Below, piece by piece: positions 25,286 through 34,538 of a stretch of 64,000 bases of DNA. The notes beneath the pieces are model-generated. The model made no database searches. It was not told where the DNA came from and saw only the letters and a list, made by a program, of their open reading frames with translations. A program made the position numbers and the translations under genes. Each line of letters starts with the position of its first letter. Position 1 is the first letter of the stretch. Source of the stretch: an uncultured Gemmatimonadales bacterium (GTDB lineage: Bacteria; Gemmatimonadota; Gemmatimonadetes; Gemmatimonadales; GWC2-71-9); contig CAWGSK010000012.1 in NCBI GenBank assembly GCA_963825055.1, positions 608,001 through 672,000 on the forward strand, read 5' to 3'.

Positions 25286-26430
25286 TCGAGGTAGCTCGAG
25301 AAGGCCTCGGTCCCCCTGCCCTCGGCGTTCACGGTGACCACGCCGAGGCGGACCCGGCCGTCGTGAAAGATGTCGAGCCGCATGAATCCCGACTCGGCCG
25401 CTGCGTATTTCGTGTCCGAGCCATACTGGACCGCGGACACGTGACCGTAGTAGCCGGTGCCGCTCACCAGCAGGTGGCGGGCGTTCGAACCCGCCAGGAC
25501 CTGGAGATCGTGGTCGTGGCCGCTGGCGTAGACCAGCGGTTTGTACTTGTCGAACACCTGCTCGAGCGCGTGCCGCATCTCGCGGTTCGCGGGGCCGGAG
25601 ATGTCCTGCTCGCTGACGCCCCGTTGCCGCGCCATGGGCATGGCCGAGCCGAGGATGGGCAGTGGGATCCAGAGCCACTTCCGGAACCGGCGGAGGGGGA
25701 AGATCTGGTCGGTCAACGGGAAATACCCGCCGTGGGTTCCCCCGCTCTCGAGTGGATGGTGGCCCACGACCACGACGGCGCGATCCCCCGCCCCGGCGAG
25801 ATCGGCCGCGAGTGAGTCCAGCACCTCCTGCGGCTCGTCGGCGCTGCAGGGGTTGGGGAATTCGGGAGAGGGCTTCTGCCACTTGTGCAGCCACCACTGG
25901 GTGTCGAGCAGCACCAGCCTGAGGCGCAGGCGGATATCCACGGCCACGGGCCCGGGACATCCGCTGGAGGGAAGCAACTGGGCCAGGGTGTCACCCGCGA
26001 CCGTGATGATGGAATCCTCGCGGAGGATGGCGTTCCATCCGTCAGCGCCCATGTAGGCCCAGTCGTGATTGCCGGGGATGAAGATCGCAGGTGTCCCGGT
26101 GGTCGTTGCCACCCGCACCTGGCGCAGCAGGCGGCGCTCAGCCTCGTCGCGGTCGAGCGCGTCCGCGGCCGGAATCCCCCGTGGGTACACGTTGTCGCCG
26201 AGGAAGACAATCTCGGCCTTGTCCTTCATGGCGGTGGCCTGGCGGGCCAGTTCCTGAAGGACCGGGTCGTTCTCGGCCGGCGCGCCGGCATCGCCGACCA
26301 GGAAGAGGGTGGTCTCGACCTCGTCGGGCAGCGCGGCCACGACCGGCGGCGTAGCAGCCGGCGGGTGCCCTGCGCATGCCGCCACCGGCAGCAGCAGGAG
26401 GACGGCACCCCACTTCCAGTACTGCCCCAT
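25282..26430 (-). CDS. Metallophosphoesterase lipoprotein with purple acid phosphatase signature
   Basis: Lipobox VAAC; DAG, GDNVY, GNHD, VVGH, GHDH; ATG 26430 overlaps upstream TGA (26436 alternative). Confidence 0.92.
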   Translation of the reverse strand: MGQYWKWGAVLLLLPVAACAGHPPAATPPVVAALPDEVETTLFLVGDAGAPAENDPVLQELARQATAMKDKAEIVFLGDNVYPRGIPAADALDRDEAERRLLRQVRVATTTGTPAIFIPGNHDWAYMGADGWNAILREDSIITVAGDTLAQLLPSSGCPGPVAVDIRLRLRLVLLDTQWWLHKWQKPSPEFPNPCSADEPQEVLDSLAADLAGAGDRAVVVVGHHPLESGGTHGGYFPLTDQIFPLRRFRKWLWIPLPILGSAMPMARQRGVSEQDISGPANREMRHALEQVFDKYKPLVYASGHDHDLQVLAGSNARHLLVSGTGYYGHVSAVQYGSDTKYAAAESGFMRLDIFHDGRVRLGVVTVNAEGRGTEAFSSYLE

Positions 26431-27374
26431 CACCATTCGCGGTAGACCGTCACCATGGCCGGAGTCTTCGTGGCCTCGTCGGAGAGGATGAGGAGGCCAT
26501 CCGGCGTAATGGCGATGCCTTCGGTCTGGCGGTGCTCCTTCGGCAGCTTCCAGACCCGGAGCACCTTTCCCTCGGGCGTCACAATGGCCATCAGTTCGTC
26601 GATGCCGTCCACCATCACGTAGTTGCCCGTCCGGGGGTCCACCTCGATGCCCGACGGATGGAACTCATCGTGATCTTCGCCCTTGAAGGCCGCGAGGGGA
26701 ATGCGCATTCGCGAGAGCCGGCGGCCCACGCCCGCCCCCAGCTGCCACCGGTAGATGACGACGTGACCCTCGAGTTCCTTCCCGTGGGTGTTCTTGCATG
26801 CAAGCAGCAGCGACTCGATGGCGGGCGCGTAGGCCAGTCCCTCCATCTCGCATTCCTTGCCGAGCCGTGTGTCGCGGATGGTGAACGTGACATGCTCGCC
26901 CTCGTCCCCCTCGGACATCTCGTAGAGCTCGGCGTTGCTGGCCAGCAGGTAGACCCGGCCGCGCGCCACCGCGATCCCCTCGAAATCCTCGTGCAGCATG
27001 TGGTTGCCCACCAGGAACTGCTTGAGAACGACGCCCTGGCGATAGTCGATCTCGTAGACAATGCCGCGCTCGTCGTCATGGGTCAGCAGGCGGTCGTCCG
27101 GCGTGAGGGCGAGCCCGCTGATTTCGTTGAGCAGGTCGGGCATCATCCAGCGCGCGATCGGCGCCCCGAGGCCATCGTGCTTCAGTACCCGGGCCGTGTC
27201 TCCCCCGGCGCTGTCACCGGGCGTGGCCGCCTGCCCCGAAAGGCTGTCGAACCGGGTTGCTCTCGCGCTCAGTTCGCCGTGGTTCACCGCGGCCACGGCG
27301 GGTCCCCGCTCGCGGCAGGCACCGGCCAGGAGCGACGGCAGGACCAGAAGCAGTGCGATCCGTCGTTCAGGCAT
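26430..27374 (-). CDS. SdiA-regulated/YjiK-like beta-propeller exported protein (probable lipoprotein)
   Basis: LNEISGLA, HDDE, DFEGIA, EMEGLAY, PSGIE, QTEGIA, SDE repeats; signal ending LAGAC. Confidence 0.85.
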   Translation of the reverse strand: MPERRIALLLVLPSLLAGACRERGPAVAAVNHGELSARATRFDSLSGQAATPGDSAGGDTARVLKHDGLGAPIARWMMPDLLNEISGLALTPDDRLLTHDDERGIVYEIDYRQGVVLKQFLVGNHMLHEDFEGIAVARGRVYLLASNAELYEMSEGDEGEHVTFTIRDTRLGKECEMEGLAYAPAIESLLLACKNTHGKELEGHVVIYRWQLGAGVGRRLSRMRIPLAAFKGEDHDEFHPSGIEVDPRTGNYVMVDGIDELMAIVTPEGKVLRVWKLPKEHRQTEGIAITPDGLLILSDEATKTPAMVTVYREW

Positions 27375-28446
27375 GGGCCAGTGCATCGGAGAGGATGACC
27401 TCCGCGTCTTCAACCCGGTTCCCCACTTCGGCCCGGATGGCCGTCAGCACCTCATCCGCCGGGGTCTTCCTGCGGAGCCGGATCAGGTAATACAGTTCCG
27501 AGGGCTTCCCCTCATTGGTGATCACCTCGTCGAGGCGCCATCGCTTGGTCGTGCCGTCCAGGATGTCCTCTGCGCCCTTCTGCACGTCCGCGATGTCCTG
27601 TGTCGTCATCCAGAGCACGGCGTTGTAGCGCGATTTCTTCTTGCCGCTCGAGCCGATGATCTTGCGGAGCCGCTCGAATCGGTCGGCCAGAGCGTTGGCC
27701 TCCTTGCGGGTGAGCGAGAGCACGAGGTCGCGGTCAGGCACGGCCTGGCCGCCGTTCCCCGTGGCGAGGGCCGAAAGGGGCTCGGTCCAGGTCGCGGAGG
27801 GCCGGGGCTCCAGCACGCTCCGGCCAAAGTCCGTCCGCCAGATGGTCAGGAGCGTGAAGTTGAACACCATGGAAAGCAGGAAGCCCACCGTGGGCGCCTG
27901 GACGCCGGCGGAAAGGCCAACGCCGATCGCCAGAAAAATGAAGACCGCGTCCCGCGGGTCCTTGAGCGTGTTCCGAAAGCGCACCCCGGCCACGATGCCT
28001 GCCAGGCTGAAGGCCAGGGCGAGGCTGTTCCGCACGATCAGCACGATTCCCGAAACCACGATGGGCAGGATGATCAGCGTCTGCACGACGGACTGGCTGT
28101 AGCCGCGGACCTTCCAGGCGGACATGTAGACCCAGGCGACCGGCAGCATCAGGAGCAGCGTGCCCAGCATCATCGTGCTGGCCACGATGATGAGGTTCAG
28201 CCGGTCCGGCAGCTCCAGCTGCGGGGACGTGAACGTATCGAGATTGAGTCCGTCCTCCAGCACGCGAGGCGTGCTGGTGAGCTGCTCGAGGCGCTCCCCG
28301 GAGAACATGACCCCGGTTTCCGGGACCAGCATCACGAGGGCCGTCGTAATTCCGACGAGCACCACGTAATAGGCCAGCAGCCGCCGCACGGGCGACTGGG
28401 ATCCTATCGCGGCGAAGTCGATCAGCCTTGTCAGGAAACGCATCAC
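27367..28446 (-). CDS. DUF4956 family membrane protein (MgtC-related fold) with soluble C-terminal domain
   Basis: NSLALAFSLAGIVAGVRFRNTLKDPRDAVFIFLAIGVGLSAG is the characteristic segment; multiple TM helices. Confidence 0.85.
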   Translation of the reverse strand: MMRFLTRLIDFAAIGSQSPVRRLLAYYVVLVGITTALVMLVPETGVMFSGERLEQLTSTPRVLEDGLNLDTFTSPQLELPDRLNLIIVASTMMLGTLLLMLPVAWVYMSAWKVRGYSQSVVQTLIILPIVVSGIVLIVRNSLALAFSLAGIVAGVRFRNTLKDPRDAVFIFLAIGVGLSAGVQAPTVGFLLSMVFNFTLLTIWRTDFGRSVLEPRPSATWTEPLSALATGNGGQAVPDRDLVLSLTRKEANALADRFERLRKIIGSSGKKKSRYNAVLWMTTQDIADVQKGAEDILDGTTKRWRLDEVITNEGKPSELYYLIRLRRKTPADEVLTAIRAEVGNRVEDAEVILSDALAHA

Positions 28447-28585
28447 TGCTCCCTACAGGAACACCCGACATCGGCCGGGCGTTGCAAGTTGTTTCGAGTC
28501 ACCGACTTGGAGAGCGCATCTCAAGTATCTGCACAAACGTAGCAGGGAGATCCTCCGGGGTCTGTGACGCGCCGCACCCGCCGGC

Positions 28586-28852
28586 TCAGTCCCGACCGCG
28601 GCGGCCCCCGGCGGGGGAGATGTCGATCACCACCGCGATGACGAGGATGATGATCTGCATCGGGCCCCACGTTCCGCCGTACCAGTTGTGGACAGCCGTG
28701 TACCACAGGAGAGTGGTGGGCAGGAAGAGGAACCCAAGCACCAGCCAGAGCACGTTGGCGAAGATGCCCTGGAACCAGGAGGTGAACAGCCAGAGCAGGA
28801 CCACAACGACGCGTGGGGCGAGAAGCGCGATCAGGGCGAAGAGGCATGGCAT
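28586..28852 (-). CDS. Small hypothetical membrane protein
   Basis: 88 aa, three hydrophobic segments, LGFLFLPTTLLWY; SD GGAGG upstream. Confidence 0.85.
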   Translation of the reverse strand: MPCLFALIALLAPRVVVVLLWLFTSWFQGIFANVLWLVLGFLFLPTTLLWYTAVHNWYGGTWGPMQIIILVIAVVIDISPAGGRRGRD

Positions 28853-29007
28853 GGGACGCGACCTCCGGCAGGGGATGGGAGTCGGCAGGGCTGGTCAGTC
28901 GACCGCCCGGGCGATGGTCGAGAGCAGCGCGTTTTCGGGTTGCCGCGAATCCAGACGGGAACGCTGGACCACCCCATGGAGTCCGGCGCGGTTTCCCATT
29001 GATCCTC

Positions 29008-30378
29008 CTACGGAATCGGCAAACCCGGCGGCGACGGATAGAACGCGAGGCTCTCCGGGAAGCTGAGGTCGGTACTGGCGAACAGGTTTGGGGAAAGCGC
29101 TCCTCCGGATGTGAGCCGGTCGAGTCCGGTGGGCTGTGCCGTGATCCAGAGATTCCCCTGCGCATCGAATGCGGCGTGGTCGCTCTGGGAGGCATGCCCG
29201 GTCGTGTCGAGGCGCTGCGCCGGGGCGAGCCCTTCCTGGCGCCCGCTGAGGGCCTGCTGGGCTGCATCGTACTTCCGGAGCCCCCCGCCAACCACAGTAA
29301 GGTCGCCCGCATTGTCAAACGCGAGGCCCGAAAGGCCGGTGAGCGCGATGCTGCCGGTGTCACCGGCGATCACCAGACGGGAGCCAACGGCCGTGGCGGA
29401 GGCGCCGAGGTCCGCGCTGGCCAGTTCGACGATGGCACGATCCCCCGGGAGGCCCTGCGGATCGTCACCGATGATCCAGAGGTTGCCGGTACCATCGAAC
29501 GCGAGCGCGCGCGGGGCGACGATGTCCGGACCCTGCAGCACGACGGAAGGCGTGCGCGTCCGTGGCGTGCTGCCCGGAGCCACGAGCAATCCTGCGACCT
29601 GGTCCGCGGAGAACATCACGATCGCATCACCGCCGGCGGCGGCGATCCACAGGTTTCCGGAGGCGTCAAAGGCGAGCGCCGCGGGACGGTCAAGCGCCGT
29701 TCCCGTGAGCACGATGACCGGGTCCGGCGTGCCAGAGCTGCCGAGGTCGCCGGGCGCGAACGCGAGCACCCGGCCGGGCGTCCCCTGCCCTACCGGATCC
29801 GCCATCCAGAGGTTGCCCATGTCGTCAAAGGCAAGCCCGGGCCCCGTGGCGCTGTCATCGGTGGCGGCATCGAAATCGAGCACGACATCCGCCGCCGCGG
29901 TGCCACCCGAGGCCAGGCTGGTTGTCGGGAATGCCGCCACCGTCTGTCGTCCGGCGTTCGAGACCCACGCCTTTCCGCTGGCCGGTTGCCGCACGTATCC
30001 CACCGGGATGGTCGCCGTCGACGCGAGGGGGACGCACGCATGCCGCACCGTTCGTGCGCTGGCCCCCCACGCCGTGCCGGTCAGCGCCCCCGCTGCAGCG
30101 GGCTGCACCGTCCGGCGGATGCGAAGTTCGTATTGACCTGCGGGAATCGCGGTGAACGTCTGGGTCGCCGTCACGGTACGCGCGAACCCGGCGGGCCCCG
30201 TCACCCGGACGTCCGCCGTGACACCGGCGGGCATGCTCACCGTCACATCGAGGTTTCCTGTTCCCCCGGTGGCGCACCCGGCCGGTCCCGTGCTGCCTCC
30301 ACCCTGGCTGCCGCAGGCGGCGAGCGCCAGCAGGATGGCGGGAGCCGACCCCAGATGGCGGAGCAGTGGTACGCGCAT
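29008..30378 (-). CDS. NHL-repeat beta-propeller lipoprotein
   Basis: Lipobox LAAC; repeated LAFDxxGNLW units (about 6). Confidence 0.88.
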   Translation of the reverse strand: MRVPLLRHLGSAPAILLALAACGSQGGGSTGPAGCATGGTGNLDVTVSMPAGVTADVRVTGPAGFARTVTATQTFTAIPAGQYELRIRRTVQPAAAGALTGTAWGASARTVRHACVPLASTATIPVGYVRQPASGKAWVSNAGRQTVAAFPTTSLASGGTAAADVVLDFDAATDDSATGPGLAFDDMGNLWMADPVGQGTPGRVLAFAPGDLGSSGTPDPVIVLTGTALDRPAALAFDASGNLWIAAAGGDAIVMFSADQVAGLLVAPGSTPRTRTPSVVLQGPDIVAPRALAFDGTGNLWIIGDDPQGLPGDRAIVELASADLGASATAVGSRLVIAGDTGSIALTGLSGLAFDNAGDLTVVGGGLRKYDAAQQALSGRQEGLAPAQRLDTTGHASQSDHAAFDAQGNLWITAQPTGLDRLTSGGALSPNLFASTDLSFPESLAFYPSPPGLPIP

Positions 30379-30451
30379 GACAGCCTCACGGTAGCGGGGA
30401 AACCTCTGCCTCCATGAAGCGGGCCGCGGCGGTTCCGTGCCGTGACCCGAC

Positions 30452-30793
30452 TCACCTCATGATGACATACAGCAGCAGCCCGGCAACCAGGAGCGCCACC
30501 AGGACGGCGCCGGCCGGGCCACGGACCCACCCGGGCAGGCGCGCCCGGCGGCGGGCTACAAGCGCGCCCTCGGGCGTGAACGTATACACCCGACCGCTCC
30601 CGAACTGCCGGATCCACCCCCGGGCGGCCGTCTCAGCCAGCAGACGGTCCAGGCGGTTGATCTCGCTCCCGAGATAGACCTGGTCGAACACCGGGGTCAG
30701 GTCAACGGCGCGATCCGGTTCGGGACCAGATCCCCGCCGCCGGAGCGTTTCCGTCATGGCGGCGAGCACGTCCTCGGGAGTCTGCACCGCCAC
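30452..30793 (-). CDS. Hypothetical protein with C-terminal TM anchor (possible winged-helix N-domain)
   Basis: GTG 30793 directly after the nhaA stop; ARGWIRQ-G-RVYTFTPEG resembles a wHTH wing; hydrophobic C-terminus. Confidence 0.6.
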   Translation of the reverse strand: MAVQTPEDVLAAMTETLRRRGSGPEPDRAVDLTPVFDQVYLGSEINRLDRLLAETAARGWIRQFGSGRVYTFTPEGALVARRRARLPGWVRGPAGAVLVALLVAGLLLYVIMR

Positions 30794-30795
30794 AG

Positions 30796-32133
30796 TTACG
30801 CGCCCTCCACGGCGGCCGGCCCCGTACGCATCCCGTGCAGCAGGATCCACCCCGCGAGCCCGGCAACGAGGGATGCCCCGAGGATGCCGAGCTTGGCGGC
30901 CTGGAGCAGCCCGGCATCCCGGAAGGCCAGACCCGCAATGAACAGGGACATGGTGAACCCGATGCCGGCCAGCGCCGCGACGCCGTACAGGCCCCTCCAG
31001 GTCACCCCCTCCGGAAGCTGCGCCAGCCCCAGCCGCACCGCCAGCCAGCTCAGCAGCGAAATGCCCAGCGGCTTGCCGATCACCAGCCCGGCGGCGACCC
31101 CGAGAACCACCGGGTGGCGGGCGAGCTCCGCGCCTACGCCCCCCAGGGACACGCCCGCGTTGGCCAGCGCGAAGAGCGGCATGATGATGAAGGCGACTAC
31201 CCCATGCAGGCCCTGCTCCAGCCGCGCCAGCGGCGCCTGGGCCTGGTCGGTGAGGTGCTGCAGGTGATGCAGCGCGTACTGATGGTCCTGGTTGGTGAGG
31301 ATGGTGCGGCCTTCGGCGCACGACTGCTCAAATCCGGCGAGCGCCTCGCGCGCGCCGGACAGGAACGAGCGCTCATCAATCCGGGTCCGGGCCGGAATGG
31401 CCATCGCGAGCAGCACCCCGGCGACGGTCGCGTGCACACCCGACGCGAACACCGCCCCCCAGAGGGCAAGACCGATCACCGCATAGGCCCAGGGGCTCCG
31501 GACGCCCACCCGGTTCGCGATGACCGCAAGGCACAGCAGGGCGCCCGCCGCCACCAGTGGTCCGACGACGATGCCACCGGCGTAGAAGAGGGCGATGACG
31601 AGGACGGCGCCGATGTCGTCCACGATGGCCAGGGCCGCGAGGAAGACCCGGAGCCCCGGCGGAATACCGCGACCAAACAGCGCCAGGACCCCGAGCGCAA
31701 AGGCAATGTCGGTCGCCATCGGGATGCCCCACCCCGCCGCGCCAGGACCCCGTGCGTTGATCAGGGCATACAGCGCGGCGGGGACCAGCATGCCTCCCAG
31801 GGCGCCGGCCATGGGCAGGGCGGCACTTCGAAGGGTGGATAACTCGCCCGCCAGCACCTCACGCTTGATCTCGAGCCCGACCAGAAAGAAGAAGACGGCC
31901 ATCAGGCCATCATTGATGAGGTGGTGCAGCGTGGCGCGCACGGCGAACGACCCCGCCCCCACCACAATCTCCGTCTCCCAGAGGTGATGGTAGCTGTCGG
32001 CGAACGGGCTGTTGGCCCAGGCGAGTGCCAGCGCCGCGTTGAACAGGAGGACCAGGCCGCCGGCCGACTCGATGGCAAAGAAGCGGCGGAACGGCTCGAA
32101 GGCCCGCTCGATCAGGGGCGTCCGCCCGCTCAT
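30796..32133 (-). CDS. nhaA: Na+/H+ antiporter NhaA
   Basis: [52 protein letters not shown]. Confidence 0.97.
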   Translation of the reverse strand: MSGRTPLIERAFEPFRRFFAIESAGGLVLLFNAALALAWANSPFADSYHHLWETEIVVGAGSFAVRATLHHLINDGLMAVFFFLVGLEIKREVLAGELSTLRSAALPMAGALGGMLVPAALYALINARGPGAAGWGIPMATDIAFALGVLALFGRGIPPGLRVFLAALAIVDDIGAVLVIALFYAGGIVVGPLVAAGALLCLAVIANRVGVRSPWAYAVIGLALWGAVFASGVHATVAGVLLAMAIPARTRIDERSFLSGAREALAGFEQSCAEGRTILTNQDHQYALHHLQHLTDQAQAPLARLEQGLHGVVAFIIMPLFALANAGVSLGGVGAELARHPVVLGVAAGLVIGKPLGISLLSWLAVRLGLAQLPEGVTWRGLYGVAALAGIGFTMSLFIAGLAFRDAGLLQAAKLGILGASLVAGLAGWILLHGMRTGPAAVEGA

Positions 32134-32621
32134 GACGCGGGGGGACGCAACTGGACGCTGCACGAGGCAAGCCCGCGCTTCTCCAGGTACTGCTGGTGAT
32201 ACGCTTCGGCGGGATGGAAGGGCGGGGCCGGCTCGATCTCCGTCACGATCGGATTACGCCACCGGCCCGAGGCGGCCAGCCGGTCGCGGGAGGCACGCGC
32301 GGCGGCTTCCTGCTCCGGCGAATGGTAGAAGATCACCGACCGGTACTGGCTTCCCACGTCCGGTCCCTGCCGGTTCATCGTGGTCGGGTCGTGCTCGTTC
32401 CAGAAGACGTCGAGCAGCCGGTCATAGTCAACGACCGACGGATCGAACTCCACCTCCACCACCTCGGCGTGCCCGGTCCGGTCACTGCAGACATCCCTGT
32501 ACGTCGGGTTGTCCGTGGTGCCGCCGGCGTAGCCTGCCCGGGTCGCCACGACCCCGGGCAGCCGCCGGAACGCAGCCTCCACCCCCCAGAAACACCCCGC
32601 GCCGAAAGTCGCCTTCTCCAT
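32130..32621 (-). CDS. msrA: Peptide methionine sulfoxide reductase MsrA
   Basis: [43 protein letters not shown]; catalytic residue is TGT (Cys). Confidence 0.97.
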   Translation of the reverse strand: MEKATFGAGCFWGVEAAFRRLPGVVATRAGYAGGTTDNPTYRDVCSDRTGHAEVVEVEFDPSVVDYDRLLDVFWNEHDPTTMNRQGPDVGSQYRSVIFYHSPEQEAAARASRDRLAASGRWRNPIVTEIEPAPPFHPAEAYHQQYLEKRGLASCSVQLRPPAS

Positions 32622-32646
32622 ATGAACCACCCTTTCGATACGATTG

Positions 32647-33129
32647 TCAGCGGGACTCGCCATCGCGCCCGATGCGGGAGTGCACACCCTGGCGGAGCCA
32701 GTTGAAACTGCGCTCGAGGTACTCCATCCCGACCAGCACCAGCAGCGCCACCACGGTCACCGCAAATGCGGCCGGCAGGTAGCCCAGGCCGATCGCGGCC
32801 CCGATGGCGGCGAGCAGCCAGACCACCGAGGCGCTGGTCACTCCCACAACGATCCCATCACGCGACAGGATCACCCCGGCCCCCAGGAAGCCGATGCCGG
32901 TAACCACCTGGCCCAGCACCCGCGTCGGGTCATTGGGGCCACCAAGCGCCGCGCCGAGCTGCACGAAGAACACCGTCCCGAGACACACGAGGACGCTCGT
33001 CCGCATCCCGGCCGGTTTCCCGCGAACCTGGCGCTCGAGCCCGATGGCTCCGCCGCAGGCCAGGCCCGCGCCGACGCGGATCCAGAACTCGGCGTTCGCG
33101 GGGTCGAGAAAAGGCTCTGCGGGCAGCAT
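32647..33129 (-). CDS. MgtC/SapB family membrane protein (second paralog)
   Basis: [41 protein letters not shown]. Confidence 0.93.
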   Translation of the reverse strand: MLPAEPFLDPANAEFWIRVGAGLACGGAIGLERQVRGKPAGMRTSVLVCLGTVFFVQLGAALGGPNDPTRVLGQVVTGIGFLGAGVILSRDGIVVGVTSASVVWLLAAIGAAIGLGYLPAAFAVTVVALLVLVGMEYLERSFNWLRQGVHSRIGRDGESR

Positions 33130-33179
33130 GGACGCTCCGGGGAGGGAGGGATGGTGGGAAGATAATGGCGGAGAGTGAA

Positions 33180-33280
33180 CAGGGCGGTCGGATGAACAGG
33201 GCGGGCCAGGGCGGCCAGGGCGGACAGGGTGGTCGAAGGACAGGGCGGTCGGAGAAGGGCGGACGAGGACAGGGCGGACG
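33180..33280. repeat. Degenerate 9-mer repeat (CAGGGCGGN)
   Basis: Read directly in the divergent intergenic region; related to arrays at 46705-46783 and 61189-61275. Confidence 0.7.
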
Positions 33281-33335
33281 AGAGAGCTCAAGGGCCGAGT
33301 GCTATCGACGGCCACCCCCGCGGACATGCGCATTG

Positions 33336-33378
33336 CCACTCCCGACTCCCTACTGCCTGTTGCCTACTCCCTATTGCC
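33336..33378. repeat. Degenerate heptamer repeat (CTACTCC/CTACTGC type)
   Basis: gccactcccgactccctactgcctgttgcctactccctattgcc. Confidence 0.65.
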
Positions 33379-33488
33379 TCCGGCCCTGCCCTGCAACTCC
33401 AGAAACCCGCCACGCCATATTCCGTAGGGCTCCATTAACGTTCGCCCATTCCGCCGGCCCTGCCGGCATTTCCGGAGGTCACAACCGC

Positions 33489-34214
33489 ATGCTGTACAGT
33501 CTTTCCCTGATGCTCCTCCTGGCCGGGTCAGCCGGCCCCTCGCCGGCCAACGGCGAGGAGCTCATCCGCGCCATGCATGCCCGGTACGCCGGGTCCTGGT
33601 ACAAGACCCTCACCTTTACGCAGAAGACCACCAAGCCGGACGGCTCGGTGGAGACCTGGTACGAAGCCGCGAGCATTCCCGGCAGGCTCCGGATCGACAT
33701 CGCCCCGGTGGACAGCGGCAACATGCTGCTGTTCCGGTCCGATTCGATCTACCAGTTCCAGCGTGGCGAGGTGGCCGCCGCGCAGCCCTTCGTCCACCCG
33801 CTCATGGTTCTCGGCTTCGATGTCTATGCCGACCCGGTGGACGTGACCGTGAACAAGCTCAAGGATCTGGGCTTCGACCTGGCCACCATGCACGAAACCA
33901 CCTGGCAGGGCCGGCCGGTTTACGTCGTGGGCGCCGCAGCGGGTGACACCACCGTCAACCAGTTCTGGGTCGACAAAGACCGCCTGCTCTTCGTCCGGAT
34001 GCTCCAGAAGGCCCGCAACGGGGCGATCGTGGAAACCCAGTTCAACAAGTACGAGAAGGTCGGCGGCGGCTGGGTCTCCCCCGAGGTGCTGTTCATGCGG
34101 GACGGAAAGGTGCTCACCTCGGAGGAGTACAGCGACATGAAGGCGGACGTGAAGCTGCCCGAAGGGCTGTTCGCGCCGGAGTACTCGAAGCCGGAGTGGA
34201 TTGGACAGCGGTGA
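33489..34214 (+). CDS. Exported protein, LolA-like / lipoprotein-sorting fold
   Basis: SD GGAGG, signal peptide, TLTFTQ, GRLRID, WQGRPVYVV, FWVDKDRLL; strong GC3 codon bias. Confidence 0.75.
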   Translation: MLYSLSLMLLLAGSAGPSPANGEELIRAMHARYAGSWYKTLTFTQKTTKPDGSVETWYEAASIPGRLRIDIAPVDSGNMLLFRSDSIYQFQRGEVAAAQPFVHPLMVLGFDVYADPVDVTVNKLKDLGFDLATMHETTWQGRPVYVVGAAAGDTTVNQFWVDKDRLLFVRMLQKARNGAIVETQFNKYEKVGGGWVSPEVLFMRDGKVLTSEEYSDMKADVKLPEGLFAPEYSKPEWIGQR

Positions 34215-34233
34215 ACGGTGAACGGTAAGAAGT

Positions 34234-34268
34234 GAACGGGGGGTCCCGGCGTGCCGGGACCCCCGTTC
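34234..34268. terminator. Long GC hairpin between convergent CDS and tRNA-Pro (likely bidirectional terminator)
   Basis: GAACGGGGGGTCCCGGC..GCCGGGACCCCCGTTC inverted repeat with one bulge. Confidence 0.75.
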
Positions 34269-34275
34269 GTTTCAG

Positions 34276-34349
34276 TCGGGGCGGCCGGATTCGAACCGGC
34301 GACCCCCTGCTCCCAAAGCAGGTGCGCTACCGGACTGCGCCACGCCCCG
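34276..34349 (-). tRNA. tRNA-Pro(TGG)
   Basis: CGGGGCGTGGCGCAGTCCGGTAGCGCACCTGCTTTGGGAGCAGGGGGTCGCCGGTTCGAATCCGGCCGCCCCGA folds as a cloverleaf; CCA not encoded. Confidence 0.98.
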
Positions 34350-34362
34350 ATGATCGCGGACT

Positions 34363-34371
34363 AATATAGCA
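34363..34371 (-). promoter_or_regulatory. Putative extended -10 promoter element for tRNA-Pro
   Basis: TGcTATATT 13 nt upstream of the tRNA 5' end. Confidence 0.5.
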
Positions 34372-34393
34372 CTGGGAGGTCAGCGGGCATGGG

Positions 34394-34538
34394 GTCGGCA
34401 GTCGGCAGTCGGCAGTCGGCAATAACGGTCGGCAGTCGGCAGTCGGCAATCGGCCGACCAGCACCGTGCGTCGCAGACTCACCGCTCACCGTTTACCGTT
34501 CACCGTTCACCCTTCTCCATCTACCATTCACCCTTCAC
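34394..34538. repeat. Two heptamer arrays: (GTCGGCA)x4+3 and degenerate (TCACCGT)x~8
   Basis: Read directly; the TCACCGT array is the reverse complement of the CGGTGAA array at 34209-34238. Confidence 0.9.

Noticed and set aside
28447..28585. Pho box upstream of the DUF4956 operon
   Set aside because: No CTGTCAT-type direct repeats at 11-nt spacing seen; only weak inverted repeats
32590..32600. MsrA as a selenoprotein given the tRNA-Sec
   Set aside because: Catalytic codon in GCFWG is TGT (Cys), not TGA
34276..34349. Active integrative element at tRNA-Pro or tRNA-Sec
   Set aside because: No integrase, phage or transposase genes and no att direct repeat found by eye
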